From Candidatus Arcticimaribacter sp. (lineage in GTDB: Bacteria > Bacteroidota > Bacteroidia > Flavobacteriales > Flavobacteriaceae): a DNA stretch of 64,000 nt. The notes below the pieces were generated by a model. It did no database searches. It was given only the letters and a program-made list of their open reading frames with translations, and was not told where the DNA came from. The position numbers were made by a program, and so were the translations under genes. This document shows, piece by piece, positions 9,905 through 20,134 of this stretch (position 1 is its first letter; each line of letters starts with the position of its first letter). The stretch spans positions 1,174-65,173 of the forward strand of contig CBFHYT010000006.1 in the NCBI GenBank assembly GCA_965660155.1, read 5' to 3'.

Positions 9905-10382
9905 TTAAAGATTTACGTGAGCCGCTAATTGAAGATCCGTATTCAATAGAGGACCATTTGTTTGTTTGAAAAGTGAGTTGAGTCCAACAAGATGTTCTCA
10001 GGGTTGGTGCATTGTCGGTTGATAATTTTTGAGATACTTCAGAAAAGGCGGGATTGTGTCCAACAATAACGACGTTCAATAATGCATCGTCTATCTTCTT
10101 AATAAAAGCAAGCAAATCTTTGGGGTTAAAAGTGTAAAGTTCTTCTGATATTCTAATATTTAGCAGGTCATAACCGATGGTATGAGCCAGTATTGTAGAT
10201 GTGTGTAAAGCTCGATTAGCAGGACTGGTAAAAATACATTCAGCCTCATTAAAAAGGTTTTTCCAATGCTGTGCAACCCCTTGAATTGTTTTTATCCCTC
10301 TTGATGAAAGAGAACGATCTCTATCCAAAACAGGTTCTTCCCATGAGGATTTAGCATGTCTTAAAAAAATCAATTTCTTCAT
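9876..10382 (-). CDS. sixA: SixA-like phosphohistidine phosphatase
   Basis: RHAKSSW and VGHNP motifs. Confidence 0.8.
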   Translation of the reverse strand: MKKLIFLRHAKSSWEEPVLDRDRSLSSRGIKTIQGVAQHWKNLFNEAECIFTSPANRALHTSTILAHTIGYDLLNIRISEELYTFNPKDLLAFIKKIDDALLNVVIVGHNPAFSEVSQKLSTDNAPTLRTSCWTQLTFQTNKWSSIEYGSSISGSRKSLNVYERTTNK

Positions 10383-10385
10383 CTC

Positions 10386-11039
10386 TTAGGGTGCTAATCG
10401 TTTTGCAATCCAATTCCCTTGTTTTTGAAGTGTAAACTCCATTCGGTCATGAAGGCGATTTGGTCTTCCTTGCCAGAATTCAATCGAACTTGGAACAACA
10501 ATAAAACCTCCCCAATGTTCGGGTCGCTTAGGAGCTTTATCTTCATAGAGGACTACTAACTTATTTAATCTGTTTTCTAAAGAGTCTCGGTCTTCAATAG
10601 GCTCGCTTTGTGGTGAAACAATGGCTCCAATTTGACTTCCCTTAGGACGAGAATAAAAATAATTGTCCGAAGTTTCTTCTGCTACTTTTTGTGCCTTTCC
10701 TTTAATTAAGACTTGGCGTTCCATAACTGGCCAAAAAAAAGTTAGCCCAACCTTGTCAAGAGCATCAATCGCCTTACCCTTGTTGCTTTTGTAGTTTGTG
10801 TAGAAAACAAATCCAGCATCACTGAATTGCTTTAATAACACAATACGTGCTCTGGGAAAACCATCCAATTCAAGAGTAGCAAGAGTCATTGCATTGGATT
10901 CCTCTATCTGAGGGTGCTTCTCTGCAGCAGCAAACCAATCCTGAAACAAGTCGATAGGGTTGATTGACTTGATATCATCATCCAAGGTGTTTTTTTCGTA
11001 TGATTTTCGCAATGAACCAATATCTTTTTCTTCTTTCAT
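10386..11039 (-). CDS. pdxH: pyridoxamine 5'-phosphate oxidase
   Basis: NAMTLAT, RIVLLK, EFWQGRPNRLHDR, RLAP. Confidence 0.95.
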   Translation of the reverse strand: MKEEKDIGSLRKSYEKNTLDDDIKSINPIDLFQDWFAAAEKHPQIEESNAMTLATLELDGFPRARIVLLKQFSDAGFVFYTNYKSNKGKAIDALDKVGLTFFWPVMERQVLIKGKAQKVAEETSDNYFYSRPKGSQIGAIVSPQSEPIEDRDSLENRLNKLVVLYEDKAPKRPEHWGGFIVVPSSIEFWQGRPNRLHDRMEFTLQKQGNWIAKRLAP

Positions 11040-11070
11040 ATGTGCAAGTTACAATAACCTGAAAAGAAAA

Positions 11071-11976
11071 TTAAATTTTAAAAGATTTACCGTCTTCTGC
11101 TAAATGTACATTTTCAAAAAACTCTTTTGCTTCTTCTAAGAAGGAATTTAAATCGCCATAACGGCTAGAATAGTGTCCCAGAATTAGCCCTTTTGCATTA
11201 GCCATAGCAGCTATTTTCGCAGCCTGGGCAGCAGTGCTGTGTTTAGTTTTGATGGCCAAATCCATGTGGTTCTTCAAAAAAGTAGACTCATGGTACAAAA
11301 AGGTTACATTTTTAATTAAAGTAACGATGTCTTCTTTGTAAGCTGTGTCGCTACAAAAAGCATATGACTTTGGAAGTTCTGGATCAAATGTTAAGCTTTT
11401 GTTGGGAATCAATTTTCCAGTTGAATCAACAAAGTTTTTTCCAGCTTTAAGATTCTCCATATCACAAACCTCAACACCAAAGGTCTTTGCAGCCTCAATA
11501 TTTACCTTACGTAAGCCTGTTTTTTCTTCAAAAAGATAGCCGTTTGTGTAAACTCGATGATCAAGAGGCACGGTAGATACTTTTATTTTATCATCTTCAA
11601 AAACCACTACAGAATCAGGAGTATCTAATTCATGAAAATACAAAGGATAGTCTGTCCATGATTTGGCAAGTTTGAGCTGTAATGTGATTATTTCTTTAAT
11701 CCCCTTGGGGCCGTAAATATGTAGTTCAGCTTCTCTTCCTAATAAACGAAAGGTGCTTATCAAACCGATCAAACCATAAAAATGATCTCCGTGAAGATGG
11801 GAAATAAAAATATATCGGATACGAGCGAACTTAATACCAAGCTTTCGAAGTTGCATTTGAGTTCCTTCTCCACAATCAATTAGGATTAAATGACCTTTTA
11901 CCTCTAGTAACTGAGAAGTGGTTTGAGCTTTTTTGCGAGGCGTTGCAGCATGGCATCCTAAAATGGTTAACTCCAT
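11071..11976 (-). CDS. rnz: ribonuclease Z
   Basis: DCGEGTQ, HLHGDH, HESTF, HSTA, GHYSSRY. Confidence 0.93.
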   Translation of the reverse strand: MELTILGCHAATPRKKAQTTSQLLEVKGHLILIDCGEGTQMQLRKLGIKFARIRYIFISHLHGDHFYGLIGLISTFRLLGREAELHIYGPKGIKEIITLQLKLAKSWTDYPLYFHELDTPDSVVVFEDDKIKVSTVPLDHRVYTNGYLFEEKTGLRKVNIEAAKTFGVEVCDMENLKAGKNFVDSTGKLIPNKSLTFDPELPKSYAFCSDTAYKEDIVTLIKNVTFLYHESTFLKNHMDLAIKTKHSTAAQAAKIAAMANAKGLILGHYSSRYGDLNSFLEEAKEFFENVHLAEDGKSFKI

Positions 11977-11980
11977 AAAA

Positions 11981-12310
11981 TTAAAATCCTAGATCACGTT
12001 GAATTCGATCTAATTCAATAAAATCGTGGGCTTCTTCAAGGGTTGGAACAACAATCAAAACTTCTGGAAGTGAATTGAATTGCTCTGGAGTCGCTACAAA
12101 AACAATACTTTGATTATCTGCTTTTAATGTATTTAAAATTATGCTTAATGCCTCCCTATGCTCATCTAAAAAAGAAAGCTTCATGCATTCTAAAATAACA
12201 TCAGATTCTCCAATTTTATCTTGATATGTCTGACAAAAACCTTCAGGGTTGGAAGTAACTTCCTTATCAATTTGAATTTCAATTATGTTATTTTCATCTT
12301 TGGTAATCAT
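11981..12310 (-). CDS. conserved small protein between pyrB and rnz
   Basis: C-terminal VPTLEEAHDFIELDRIQRDLGF, recalled as typical of the Bacteroidota protein at this position. Confidence 0.7.
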   Translation of the reverse strand: MITKDENNIIEIQIDKEVTSNPEGFCQTYQDKIGESDVILECMKLSFLDEHREALSIILNTLKADNQSIVFVATPEQFNSLPEVLIVVPTLEEAHDFIELDRIQRDLGF

Positions 12311-13245
12311 ACAGATGGAGTCATTATTTTTGAAGCCAAGAGATAGATTATTGCCATACGAATGGCTACACCGTTTTCTACTTGGTCTAAAATTATTGCT
12401 TGATCAGAATCGGCTACTTCCGAACTTATTTCTACACCTCTGTTGATGGGGCCAGGGTGTAAAATAACAATTTCTTTGTTTAAACTTTTAAGAAGCGGAA
12501 GCCCTAAACCGTATAGCTGAGTGTATTCTCTGATAGAAGGAAAGTAACTTTTATCCATTCGTTCATTCTGAACTCTGAGCATATTGGCAGCATCACACCA
12601 TTGGAGTGCCTTTTTTAAATCCATTTCTATTGTTACTCCCAACGATTCAATATGCTTTGGCAATAGGCTTTTGGGTCCACATAATTTAATCTCTGCACCT
12701 AATTTTTTTAGTGCAAAAATATTAGACAATGCTACGCGTGAATGAAGAATATCCCCTACAATTACAATTTTTTTACCAGCTACCTCTCCAAATTTTTCAC
12801 GAATAGAAAAGGTGTCTAGTAAAGCTTGAGAGGGGTGCTCATGGGTTCCATCACCTGCATTGATGATACAGGCATCGACATTCTTAGATAAAAAGGAAGC
12901 CGCCCCAGGGTTGGGATGACGCATAACAATCATATCTACTTTCATCGCCAAAATATTGTTGACCGTATCAATGAGGGTTTCTCCTTTTTTAACAGAAGAT
13001 TGAGCTGCCGAAAAATTAATTACATCAGCACTCAAGCGTTTTTCGGCTAATTCAAAAGAAAGTTTTGTCCGTGTACTGTTCTCAAAAAAAAGATTCGCAA
13101 TTGTAACATCCCGCAGGGTAGGAACTTTTTTAATTTTACGATTGATTACTTCTTTAAAATGATCTGCAGTCTCAAAAATTAAATGAAGATCGTCTTCATT
13201 TAAATACTTGATTCCCAGTAGGTGTTTGACGCTTAATTGGCTCAT
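12307..13245 (-). CDS. pyrB: aspartate carbamoyltransferase catalytic subunit
   Basis: FFENSTRT, HEHPSQALLD, LRVQNER, HPGPINRG. Confidence 0.96.
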   Translation of the reverse strand: MSQLSVKHLLGIKYLNEDDLHLIFETADHFKEVINRKIKKVPTLRDVTIANLFFENSTRTKLSFELAEKRLSADVINFSAAQSSVKKGETLIDTVNNILAMKVDMIVMRHPNPGAASFLSKNVDACIINAGDGTHEHPSQALLDTFSIREKFGEVAGKKIVIVGDILHSRVALSNIFALKKLGAEIKLCGPKSLLPKHIESLGVTIEMDLKKALQWCDAANMLRVQNERMDKSYFPSIREYTQLYGLGLPLLKSLNKEIVILHPGPINRGVEISSEVADSDQAIILDQVENGVAIRMAIIYLLASKIMTPSV

Positions 13246-13787
13246 ATGGTTTCTTTAATCAAGTAAACAGCATCTTCGTTTGTTAATTCTTTCCAATTCA
13301 CCTCTACTTTATCATTTTGTAAAGAATCTATTTGTCTCCCAACATAATCCGGTTGAATAGGAAGGTGACGACTGAATCTGCGATCAATCAAAGTCAATAA
13401 CTCTATTTCTTTGGGACGACCAAAAGACTCAATAGCGGTCAAGGCAGCACGAATACTTCGTCCAGTGTAAAGTACATCATCAATGAAAACAATACACTTA
13501 TCTTCAACAAGAACATTCATCTGCATTGCATTTGCGGCATGTGGTTTATCGCCTCTTCTAAAATCATCTCGAAAAAAAGTAGTATCGAGTTTACCAAAAG
13601 CTACTTCGCTAACTCCATAATTTTTTTTTAGCAAAACGATCAATCGATCCAGAACAAATGACCCCCTAGGTTGTAGACCTACCAGTACTGTATTCGAAAA
13701 GTCTTGGTGCTTCTCTATCAATTGGCAAGCTAGACGATGCAGAAGGATGTCTATTTGATGTTCATTAAGAAGAAGCTTGGGCCGCAT
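13242..13787 (-). CDS. pyrR: PyrR bifunctional regulator / uracil phosphoribosyltransferase
   Basis: FFRDDF, IDDVLYTGRSIRAAL, LPIQPDYVG. Confidence 0.92.
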   Translation of the reverse strand: MRPKLLLNEHQIDILLHRLACQLIEKHQDFSNTVLVGLQPRGSFVLDRLIVLLKKNYGVSEVAFGKLDTTFFRDDFRRGDKPHAANAMQMNVLVEDKCIVFIDDVLYTGRSIRAALTAIESFGRPKEIELLTLIDRRFSRHLPIQPDYVGRQIDSLQNDKVEVNWKELTNEDAVYLIKETI

Positions 13788-13850
13788 GCTTTTGGTTTTA
13801 TTTACAAAAATATTATTTTTTTATCTAGTGATCTTGATTTCTGGGAATAA

Positions 13851-13880
13851 AAAAAACCCTCTTTTACAAAGAGGGTTTTT
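13851..13880 (-). terminator. intrinsic terminator of rpsA
   Basis: AAAACCCTCTTT-TAC-AAAGAGGGTTTT hairpin with a U-tract on the minus strand just after the rpsA stop. Confidence 0.85.
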
Positions 13881-13899
13881 AAAATGTGTTAGAAAAAAA

Positions 13900-15720
13900 T
13901 TATTTTCCTTCCATCTTTTGTTTTAAATCTGCCAAAGCATCTAAATCTCCAAGAGTAGTCTTTTCAGAGTTAGCTGCTGCCATTTTCTTAGTTGCTTTAC
14001 GTATGTTATCACGTTCTTCTTCTTTGAATAGAGCAGTATGAGATGCTACAACACGCTTGAATTCTTTATTGAACTCAATAACTTTGAAACTTGTCTCTTC
14101 TCCAAGACCGAGTTTAGTTCCATCTTCTTTTTCAAGATGACGAGAGGGTACAAAAGCTCTAACGTGTTCGTTAAAGTTAATGGTTGCCCCTTTGTCAACG
14201 ATTTCCGTTAGTTGAGCTTTGTGTGTCGTATCTACAGCAAATTCAGTTTGGTATTTATCCCATGGGTTATCCATAGTTTGTTTGTGTCCTAAACTTAGTT
14301 TACGCCCTTCAACATCCAATTCTAGAACAACAACCTCGATTGTGTCTCCAACTGTCAAAATTTCTGATGGGTGCTTTACTTTCTTGGTCCATGATAAATC
14401 TGATATGTAAACTAGACCATCGATTCCTTCTTCTAATTCGATGAATACCCCAAAGTTTGTGAAGTTTCTTACAATACCAGAGTGCTTAGATTGTATTGGA
14501 TATTTATTTGTAATATCAGTCCATGGATCTTGAGTTAGTTGCTTGATTCCGAGAGACATTTTACGAGTTTCACGATCTAATGTCAAAATAACTGCTTCTA
14601 CTTCGTCTCCAACTTTCACGAAATCTTGAGCCGAACGCAAGTGCGTAGACCAAGACATTTCAGAAACGTGGATCAAACCTTCAACACCGTCTTCTATTTC
14701 GATAAATGCACCGTAATCTGCGATTACAACTACTTTACCTTTAACTTTTTCTCCTTCTTTGATAGTATCTCCCAGTTGATCCCATGGATGAGCACTCAAT
14801 TGTTTTAATCCTAATTGAATTCTTGATTTGTTATCATCGAAGTCTAAAATTACCACATTGAGTTTTTGATCCAATTCTAAAATCTCGTTGGGGTGGTTGA
14901 TTCGACTCCAAGAAAGGTCTGTGATGTGGATTAGTCCGTCTACACCTCCAAGGTCTATGAATACTCCGTATGAAGTGATGTTTTTAACTGTACCTTCAAG
15001 AACTTGACCTTTTTCAAGTTGTCCAATGATTTCCTTTTTCTGCTCTTCAATATCGGCTTCAATCAATGCTTTGTGTGATACAACAACATTTTTGAATTCT
15101 TGATTGATTTTGACAACCTTAAACTCCATTGTTTTATTTACATACTGATCGTAGTCACGAATTGGCTTTACATCAATTTGAGATCCAGGTAAGAATGCTT
15201 CAATTCCAAAAACATCTACAATCATTCCTCCTTTTGTTCTACATTTTACAAAACCATTGACTATTTCACCTGTATCATGAGCATTGTTTACACGATCCCA
15301 TGCTTTGATCACACGAGCTTTACGGTGAGAGAGGATCAATTGACCTGTTCTGTCTTCACGCGCATCTACAATAACCTCTACTTTGTCTCCAACTTTAAGG
15401 TCTTGATTGTAACGGAATTCGTTTAGAGAAATAACTCCTTCAGATTTTGCGTTGATATCTATGATTGCCTCACGATCAGTCATAAAAACAACTGTTCCCT
15501 CAATCACATCTTCGTCAGCTGTGTCTACGAAATTTTCTTTTACTAAAGTTTCAAACTCTAACAATTGAGCATCTTCTATTACGTCGATTCCTTCTTCGTA
15601 ATTGTGCCAATTAAAATTTGTTAAAAAATCCTCTGCGTTGTTTGCAGTGGGTTGTGCTTGGGCTTCTTGTGGAGCAGCTTGCTCATTAGCCTCTGGCGGT
15701 GTATTGTTTTCTTCAGCCAT
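13900..15720 (-). CDS. rpsA: 30S ribosomal protein S1
   Basis: Six S1 repeats (AFLPGSQID, GLIHITDLSW, GLIHVSEMSW, GLVYISDLSW); start moved to ATG 15720 (MAEENN). Confidence 0.97.
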   Translation of the reverse strand: MAEENNTPPEANEQAAPQEAQAQPTANNAEDFLTNFNWHNYEEGIDVIEDAQLLEFETLVKENFVDTADEDVIEGTVVFMTDREAIIDINAKSEGVISLNEFRYNQDLKVGDKVEVIVDAREDRTGQLILSHRKARVIKAWDRVNNAHDTGEIVNGFVKCRTKGGMIVDVFGIEAFLPGSQIDVKPIRDYDQYVNKTMEFKVVKINQEFKNVVVSHKALIEADIEEQKKEIIGQLEKGQVLEGTVKNITSYGVFIDLGGVDGLIHITDLSWSRINHPNEILELDQKLNVVILDFDDNKSRIQLGLKQLSAHPWDQLGDTIKEGEKVKGKVVVIADYGAFIEIEDGVEGLIHVSEMSWSTHLRSAQDFVKVGDEVEAVILTLDRETRKMSLGIKQLTQDPWTDITNKYPIQSKHSGIVRNFTNFGVFIELEEGIDGLVYISDLSWTKKVKHPSEILTVGDTIEVVVLELDVEGRKLSLGHKQTMDNPWDKYQTEFAVDTTHKAQLTEIVDKGATINFNEHVRAFVPSRHLEKEDGTKLGLGEETSFKVIEFNKEFKRVVASHTALFKEEERDNIRKATKKMAAANSEKTTLGDLDALADLKQKMEGK

Positions 15721-15830
15721 TGCCGATAAAATTTGTATTCTGCTGTTTTGTAGAACTTTAAATGAAAACAAACAGAAGATATTCTTAATAGTTTTTGTGG
15801 TCTCTCGTTCAACTTAATCATAAGAGACCG

Positions 15831-15861
15831 CAAATGTAGGGATAATCTGTTGATAGACAAA
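15831..15861 (-). promoter_or_regulatory. full consensus sigmaA promoter of rpsA (TTTG-N19-TACATTTG)
   Basis: Minus strand TTTG tctatcaacagattatccc TACATTTG matches the Bacteroidota -33/-7 consensus exactly. Confidence 0.8.
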
Positions 15862-16070
15862 GTCAAGAGTGTTATTTTTAAAGTTTCACTGCTTTGAAAA
15901 TAATCCAATAAGATAAGCAAATCGATTTTTGCTGACTACAAATTAAATTTTGAAGCTAATGAGGGATAAATTGGGAAGCAATGAAACAAAAAATATCAAT
16001 TGAAAAAGATGTCAATGCTCGTTTTTTATTAAAATTTCCAATTCGTTAATTAAAAGAACGTCCTAAATAC

Positions 16071-16748
16071 CTAGGATTTTGAATTGATCGTAGAAAACAT
16101 TTGCTCTAAAACAGTTTCAACAGAAACATTTGTGGTGTCAATTTCCAGAGCATCCTCGGCTTTCTTCAAAGGAGAAATAAGTCGAGTGCTGTCCTGATGA
16201 TCTCGGTCGATTACATTTTTTAAAATATCCTGATAAACCACTTTTTCTCCCTTGGCTTTCAATTCATCAAAACGCCGTGTCGCACGAACTTCAGCATCGG
16301 CAACCAAAAAGAATTTAAAATCAGCTTCAGGGAAAACAACTGTGCCAATATCACGTCCGTCCATAACCACACCTCCAAGTTGAGATAAAATACGTTGCTG
16401 ATGAACCAAATGATCACGAACAAAACCCAAACCAGCTATTTTACTGACCCATGAAGAAACTTCTAAAGTCCTCAACTCATCTCCATAAGGGCGACCATTG
16501 AACAACATTAGCTTGGAGGGTATATCCTTACTCCAACTAAAACTTGTTTTATGAAGGGCTTCTTTTAATGCATCTTCTTGAATGTACTCCTCTTTTAGAA
16601 AACCATTTTTCAAAGCAAAATAACTTACTGCCCGATACATAAATCCCGTGTCAATGTAAGTGAATCCGAGTACATCTGCTAAACGTTTAGACAGGGTGCT
16701 TTTTCCGGTTGATGCATATCCATCAACTGCAATAACTGTAGTTTTCAT
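16071..16748 (-). CDS. cmk: cytidylate kinase
   Basis: IAVDGYASTGKST, DTGFMYRA, DGRDIGTVVFP. Confidence 0.95.
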   Translation of the reverse strand: MKTTVIAVDGYASTGKSTLSKRLADVLGFTYIDTGFMYRAVSYFALKNGFLKEEYIQEDALKEALHKTSFSWSKDIPSKLMLFNGRPYGDELRTLEVSSWVSKIAGLGFVRDHLVHQQRILSQLGGVVMDGRDIGTVVFPEADFKFFLVADAEVRATRRFDELKAKGEKVVYQDILKNVIDRDHQDSTRLISPLKKAEDALEIDTTNVSVETVLEQMFSTINSKS

Positions 16749-16775
16749 AGGGCAAAGATAAGAAAGAGAATTTAG

Positions 16776-17504
16776 CTAAGCTCTTTGAATTTGTATTGAC
16801 TTTTGAAAATTTACTGGAGTTTTTATTTGTTTGTACTGAAAATCAAAAACCGCTTGATTCCCCTTGATTGAAGAAACGCTTAAAGTTTGAACAGGTAATT
16901 CTTCTGGAACCCCACTACCATAAATCTCAACCAAGGCATCTCGTTTGAAAGGAAACTGTACTTTGTGGAAATCCATTACCTCTTCTTGCGATCGAACCCC
17001 TTGTGACAACCATTTTATTAGCTGTTCTTGACGATCGATTTGCCAAGTGACTGGATACAAAGTACTGGAAGACCAAAGATGAATTTCTGAGTTTGATAAT
17101 TCTTTTATGTGGAGTTTTAATTCATCCCAACGCAATTCTGTCAAAATACCCTGATCAAAAACAATAAAGGTAAAAGGCTCCATCCCCTCAAACTCAAAAT
17201 TGTTTACAAAGGTTTGATAATCCTTGTACTCAAAAAACTCGAGTGCCATCTTCCCACGGCTCATTTTGTAGGTTCCCTCAGAAAGATGGGGATTAAATGC
17301 TCCATTCAAAATACAAACAAACTGATTGGTGTTTGAAAAAACGAACCAACTCCCTTTTGCTTGTGTGTCTTGAGGAAAATAAAGCGACTTCTCCCCTACA
17401 AAAAGCTCTTGTAAAACAGTTGCTGCCCTAGCGGGGTCTTCATCTCGATTAGAAGTGAAAACAAAACCATCGCGGGTCAGAGGAATAAAACTCACTGTAC
17501 ACAT
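16776..17504 (-). CDS. NRDE (TANGO2-like) family protein
   Basis: MCTV start and SNRDE motif. Confidence 0.85.
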   Translation of the reverse strand: MCTVSFIPLTRDGFVFTSNRDEDPARAATVLQELFVGEKSLYFPQDTQAKGSWFVFSNTNQFVCILNGAFNPHLSEGTYKMSRGKMALEFFEYKDYQTFVNNFEFEGMEPFTFIVFDQGILTELRWDELKLHIKELSNSEIHLWSSSTLYPVTWQIDRQEQLIKWLSQGVRSQEEVMDFHKVQFPFKRDALVEIYGSGVPEELPVQTLSVSSIKGNQAVFDFQYKQIKTPVNFQKSIQIQRA

Positions 17505-17510
17505 AAGTAG

Positions 17511-19958
17511 CTACAAGCTTTTTGCATTTTTAGCTTTTTGATTTGTTAAAGCCAAGGCTAAAACTTCTTCCATTTCTTTTACAAAATGAAAAGTCAATCC
17601 TTTCAAATAAGCGGGTTTAATTTCCTCAATATCTTTTCGGTTACTTTCACACAATATGATTTCTTTGATCTTGGATCGCTTTGCAGCAAGTATCTTTTCT
17701 TTAATTCCTCCAACGGGAAGTACTTTCCCTCTCAAGGTAATTTCTCCCGTCATTGATAAATTCTTTTTTACCCGTTTTTGAGTTAATAAAGAAACCAAAG
17801 AGGTTAGTATGGTAATTCCGGCACTTGGCCCATCTTTTGGGGTAGCTCCCTCAGGAACATGAATGTGAATGTTGTATTTGTCAAACTTAAAGTCATCAAG
17901 TCCTAACCGCTTTGCATTTGCTTTTATGTATTCCATAGCAATTGTAAAGGATTCTTTCATAATCTTACCGAGGTTTCCTGTAATGTTCAAAACCCCTTTT
18001 CCTGGAGAAAGTGCAGATTCTATGAATAAGATATCCCCTCCAACAGAAGTCCATGCTAATCCGATTACAACCCCTGCCACCTCATTATTTTCGTACAAAT
18101 CTCGAGTGACTTTGGGTGGTCCTAATATCTCAGTTAAATCAGATGATTCGGGTTTTACGGCATACTCCTCGTCCATAGCAATAGATTTGGCGGCATAACG
18201 GGTAACTTTTGCAATTTGTTTATCTAGACCTCGAACACCCGACTCTCGTGTGTAGAGTTCAACAATACGTTCCATAACTCCCTTTCCGAGTTGTATGGCT
18301 TTTTTATCTAAACCGTGTTCAATTAATTGTTTTGGAAGTAAATGTTGTTTTCCGATAACAACTTTCTCTTCTATGGTGTAACCACTTACGTTAATGATTT
18401 CCATACGATCTCTCAAAGCAGGATGAATATTCCCAATGTTATTTGCAGTTGCAATGAACATCACTTTGGATAGATCATATCCCAGTTCAAGAAAATTATC
18501 GTAAAACTCATTATTTTGTTCAGGATCCAAAACTTCGAGCATTGCGGAAGAGGGATCACCCTGAGCACTATTTCCAAGTTTATCAATTTCATCAAGCACA
18601 AAAACAGGATTTGAAGTTCCTGCCTTTTTTAGGCTTTGAATGATACGTCCCGGTAAAGCTCCAATGTATGTTTTTCGATGTCCACGAATTTCTGCTTCGT
18701 CTCTTAGTCCTCCTAAAGAAACACGAACATAAGACCTTCCCAGAGCTTCAGCAATGGATTTTCCCAAAGAAGTTTTTCCGACTCCCGGAGGACCGTACAA
18801 ACAAAGAATGGGAGACTTCATATCGTTTCTTAATTTAAGAACAGCAAGATATTCAATGATGCGTTTCTTAACTTCTTCAAGACCAAAATGATCCCGATCC
18901 AATACTTTTTGAGCTCTTTTTAAATCAAATTTATCGGTTGAAAAATGATCCCATGGAAGATCCAAAAAAAGATCTAGATAATTGCGCTGAACAGAATACT
19001 CGGCTACTTGAGGATTCATTCGTTGCATTTTCATCAATTCTTTTTCGAAATGAGCGCCGACCTCCTTAGTCCAAACCTTAGCTTTGGCTCGGGTTTTCAT
19101 TTCTTCAATTTCTTCTTCATATGAAATACCCCCCAACTCTTCCTGTATGGTTTTCATTTGTTGTTGAAGGTAATACTCCCGTTGCTGTTGATCCAAATCG
19201 TGGCGAACTCGAGATTGAATGTCATTTTTCAACTCTAACTTCTTGAACTCTACGTTCATGTACTTCAAGCACAGCAAAGCGCGTTCTTTGATGTTTTTTA
19301 ATGAAAGAATTTTTTGCTTTTCATTCACAGAGAGGTTCATATTTGATGAAACAAAATTGATCAGAAACGAATAGCTTTGAATGTTTTTGATCGCAAACGA
19401 AGCTTCCGAAGGTAAATTCGGGTTTTCTTGGATAATTTGAAGTGAAAGTTCTTTAATGGATTCTGCAACAGCCTTGAACTCTGAATTATCATAAGTCAAT
19501 TCATCTTCAACCGATCGGGTTGAAGCTTTTAGATAGGGTGAATCAGAAATTATTTTTTCTATTTCAAAGCGTTTTTTACCCTGAATAATTATGGTAGTAT
19601 TACCATCGGGCATTTTTAAAACTCTTAAGATACGTGCAACAGTACCTAAAGAATAAATGTCTTTAGAACTTGGATTTTCAACTGCTTGATCTTTTTGGGC
19701 AACCACACCGATAACTTTTGAGCCTTGGTTTGCATCCTTGATCAGTTGAATGGATTTGTCTCTCCCAACTGTGATTGGAATAACAACACCAGGAAAAAGC
19801 ACAGTATTTCTTAGCGGTAAAATAGGAACCTCGTTTGGAAGGTCCTCTCTTTCAAGCGCTTCTTCGTCCTCTGGGGTTAATAAAGGGATCAAATCTGCTT
19901 CTGATTCAATATCTTGGAGTGACAGATTGTCTAAATTTGAAAAGATTGGTTTGGCCAT
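17511..19958 (-). CDS. lon: ATP-dependent protease La
   Basis: [26 protein letters not shown] catalytic Ser, [10 protein letters not shown]. Confidence 0.97.
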   Translation of the reverse strand: MAKPIFSNLDNLSLQDIESEADLIPLLTPEDEEALEREDLPNEVPILPLRNTVLFPGVVIPITVGRDKSIQLIKDANQGSKVIGVVAQKDQAVENPSSKDIYSLGTVARILRVLKMPDGNTTIIIQGKKRFEIEKIISDSPYLKASTRSVEDELTYDNSEFKAVAESIKELSLQIIQENPNLPSEASFAIKNIQSYSFLINFVSSNMNLSVNEKQKILSLKNIKERALLCLKYMNVEFKKLELKNDIQSRVRHDLDQQQREYYLQQQMKTIQEELGGISYEEEIEEMKTRAKAKVWTKEVGAHFEKELMKMQRMNPQVAEYSVQRNYLDLFLDLPWDHFSTDKFDLKRAQKVLDRDHFGLEEVKKRIIEYLAVLKLRNDMKSPILCLYGPPGVGKTSLGKSIAEALGRSYVRVSLGGLRDEAEIRGHRKTYIGALPGRIIQSLKKAGTSNPVFVLDEIDKLGNSAQGDPSSAMLEVLDPEQNNEFYDNFLELGYDLSKVMFIATANNIGNIHPALRDRMEIINVSGYTIEEKVVIGKQHLLPKQLIEHGLDKKAIQLGKGVMERIVELYTRESGVRGLDKQIAKVTRYAAKSIAMDEEYAVKPESSDLTEILGPPKVTRDLYENNEVAGVVIGLAWTSVGGDILFIESALSPGKGVLNITGNLGKIMKESFTIAMEYIKANAKRLGLDDFKFDKYNIHIHVPEGATPKDGPSAGITILTSLVSLLTQKRVKKNLSMTGEITLRGKVLPVGGIKEKILAAKRSKIKEIILCESNRKDIEEIKPAYLKGLTFHFVKEMEEVLALALTNQKAKNAKSL

Positions 19959-20051
19959 AATATTTTTTATGCGTCATTGTGTCATTCAATCATAAGCTTG
20001 GAGGTAATTTTCGCACCAATTCATACAAAAGATCAAAATCAATAGAACCTG

Positions 20052-20068
20052 TTCAAGAGTTATGCCAA
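20052..20068 (-). promoter_or_regulatory. sigma54-like -24/-12 element upstream of lon (TTGGCATAACTCTTGAA)
   Basis: TGGCA followed by TTGA with exact GG-N10-GA spacing, ~95 bp upstream of the lon ATG. Confidence 0.5.
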
Positions 20069-20134
20069 TTGAAAGAAACTTAATTTTAATTTAAAAAGTG
20101 TAACAAATAATCAAAATTTCATCTTATGTTATGA

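Noticed and set aside
13788-13850. PyrR-binding attenuator upstream of pyrR
   Set aside because: The promoter box lies only 17 nt before the ATG, leaving no room; the nearby hairpin is the rpsA terminator.
15862-16070. Possible gene remnant between cmk and rpsA
   Set aside because: No frame long or distinctive enough to support a call.
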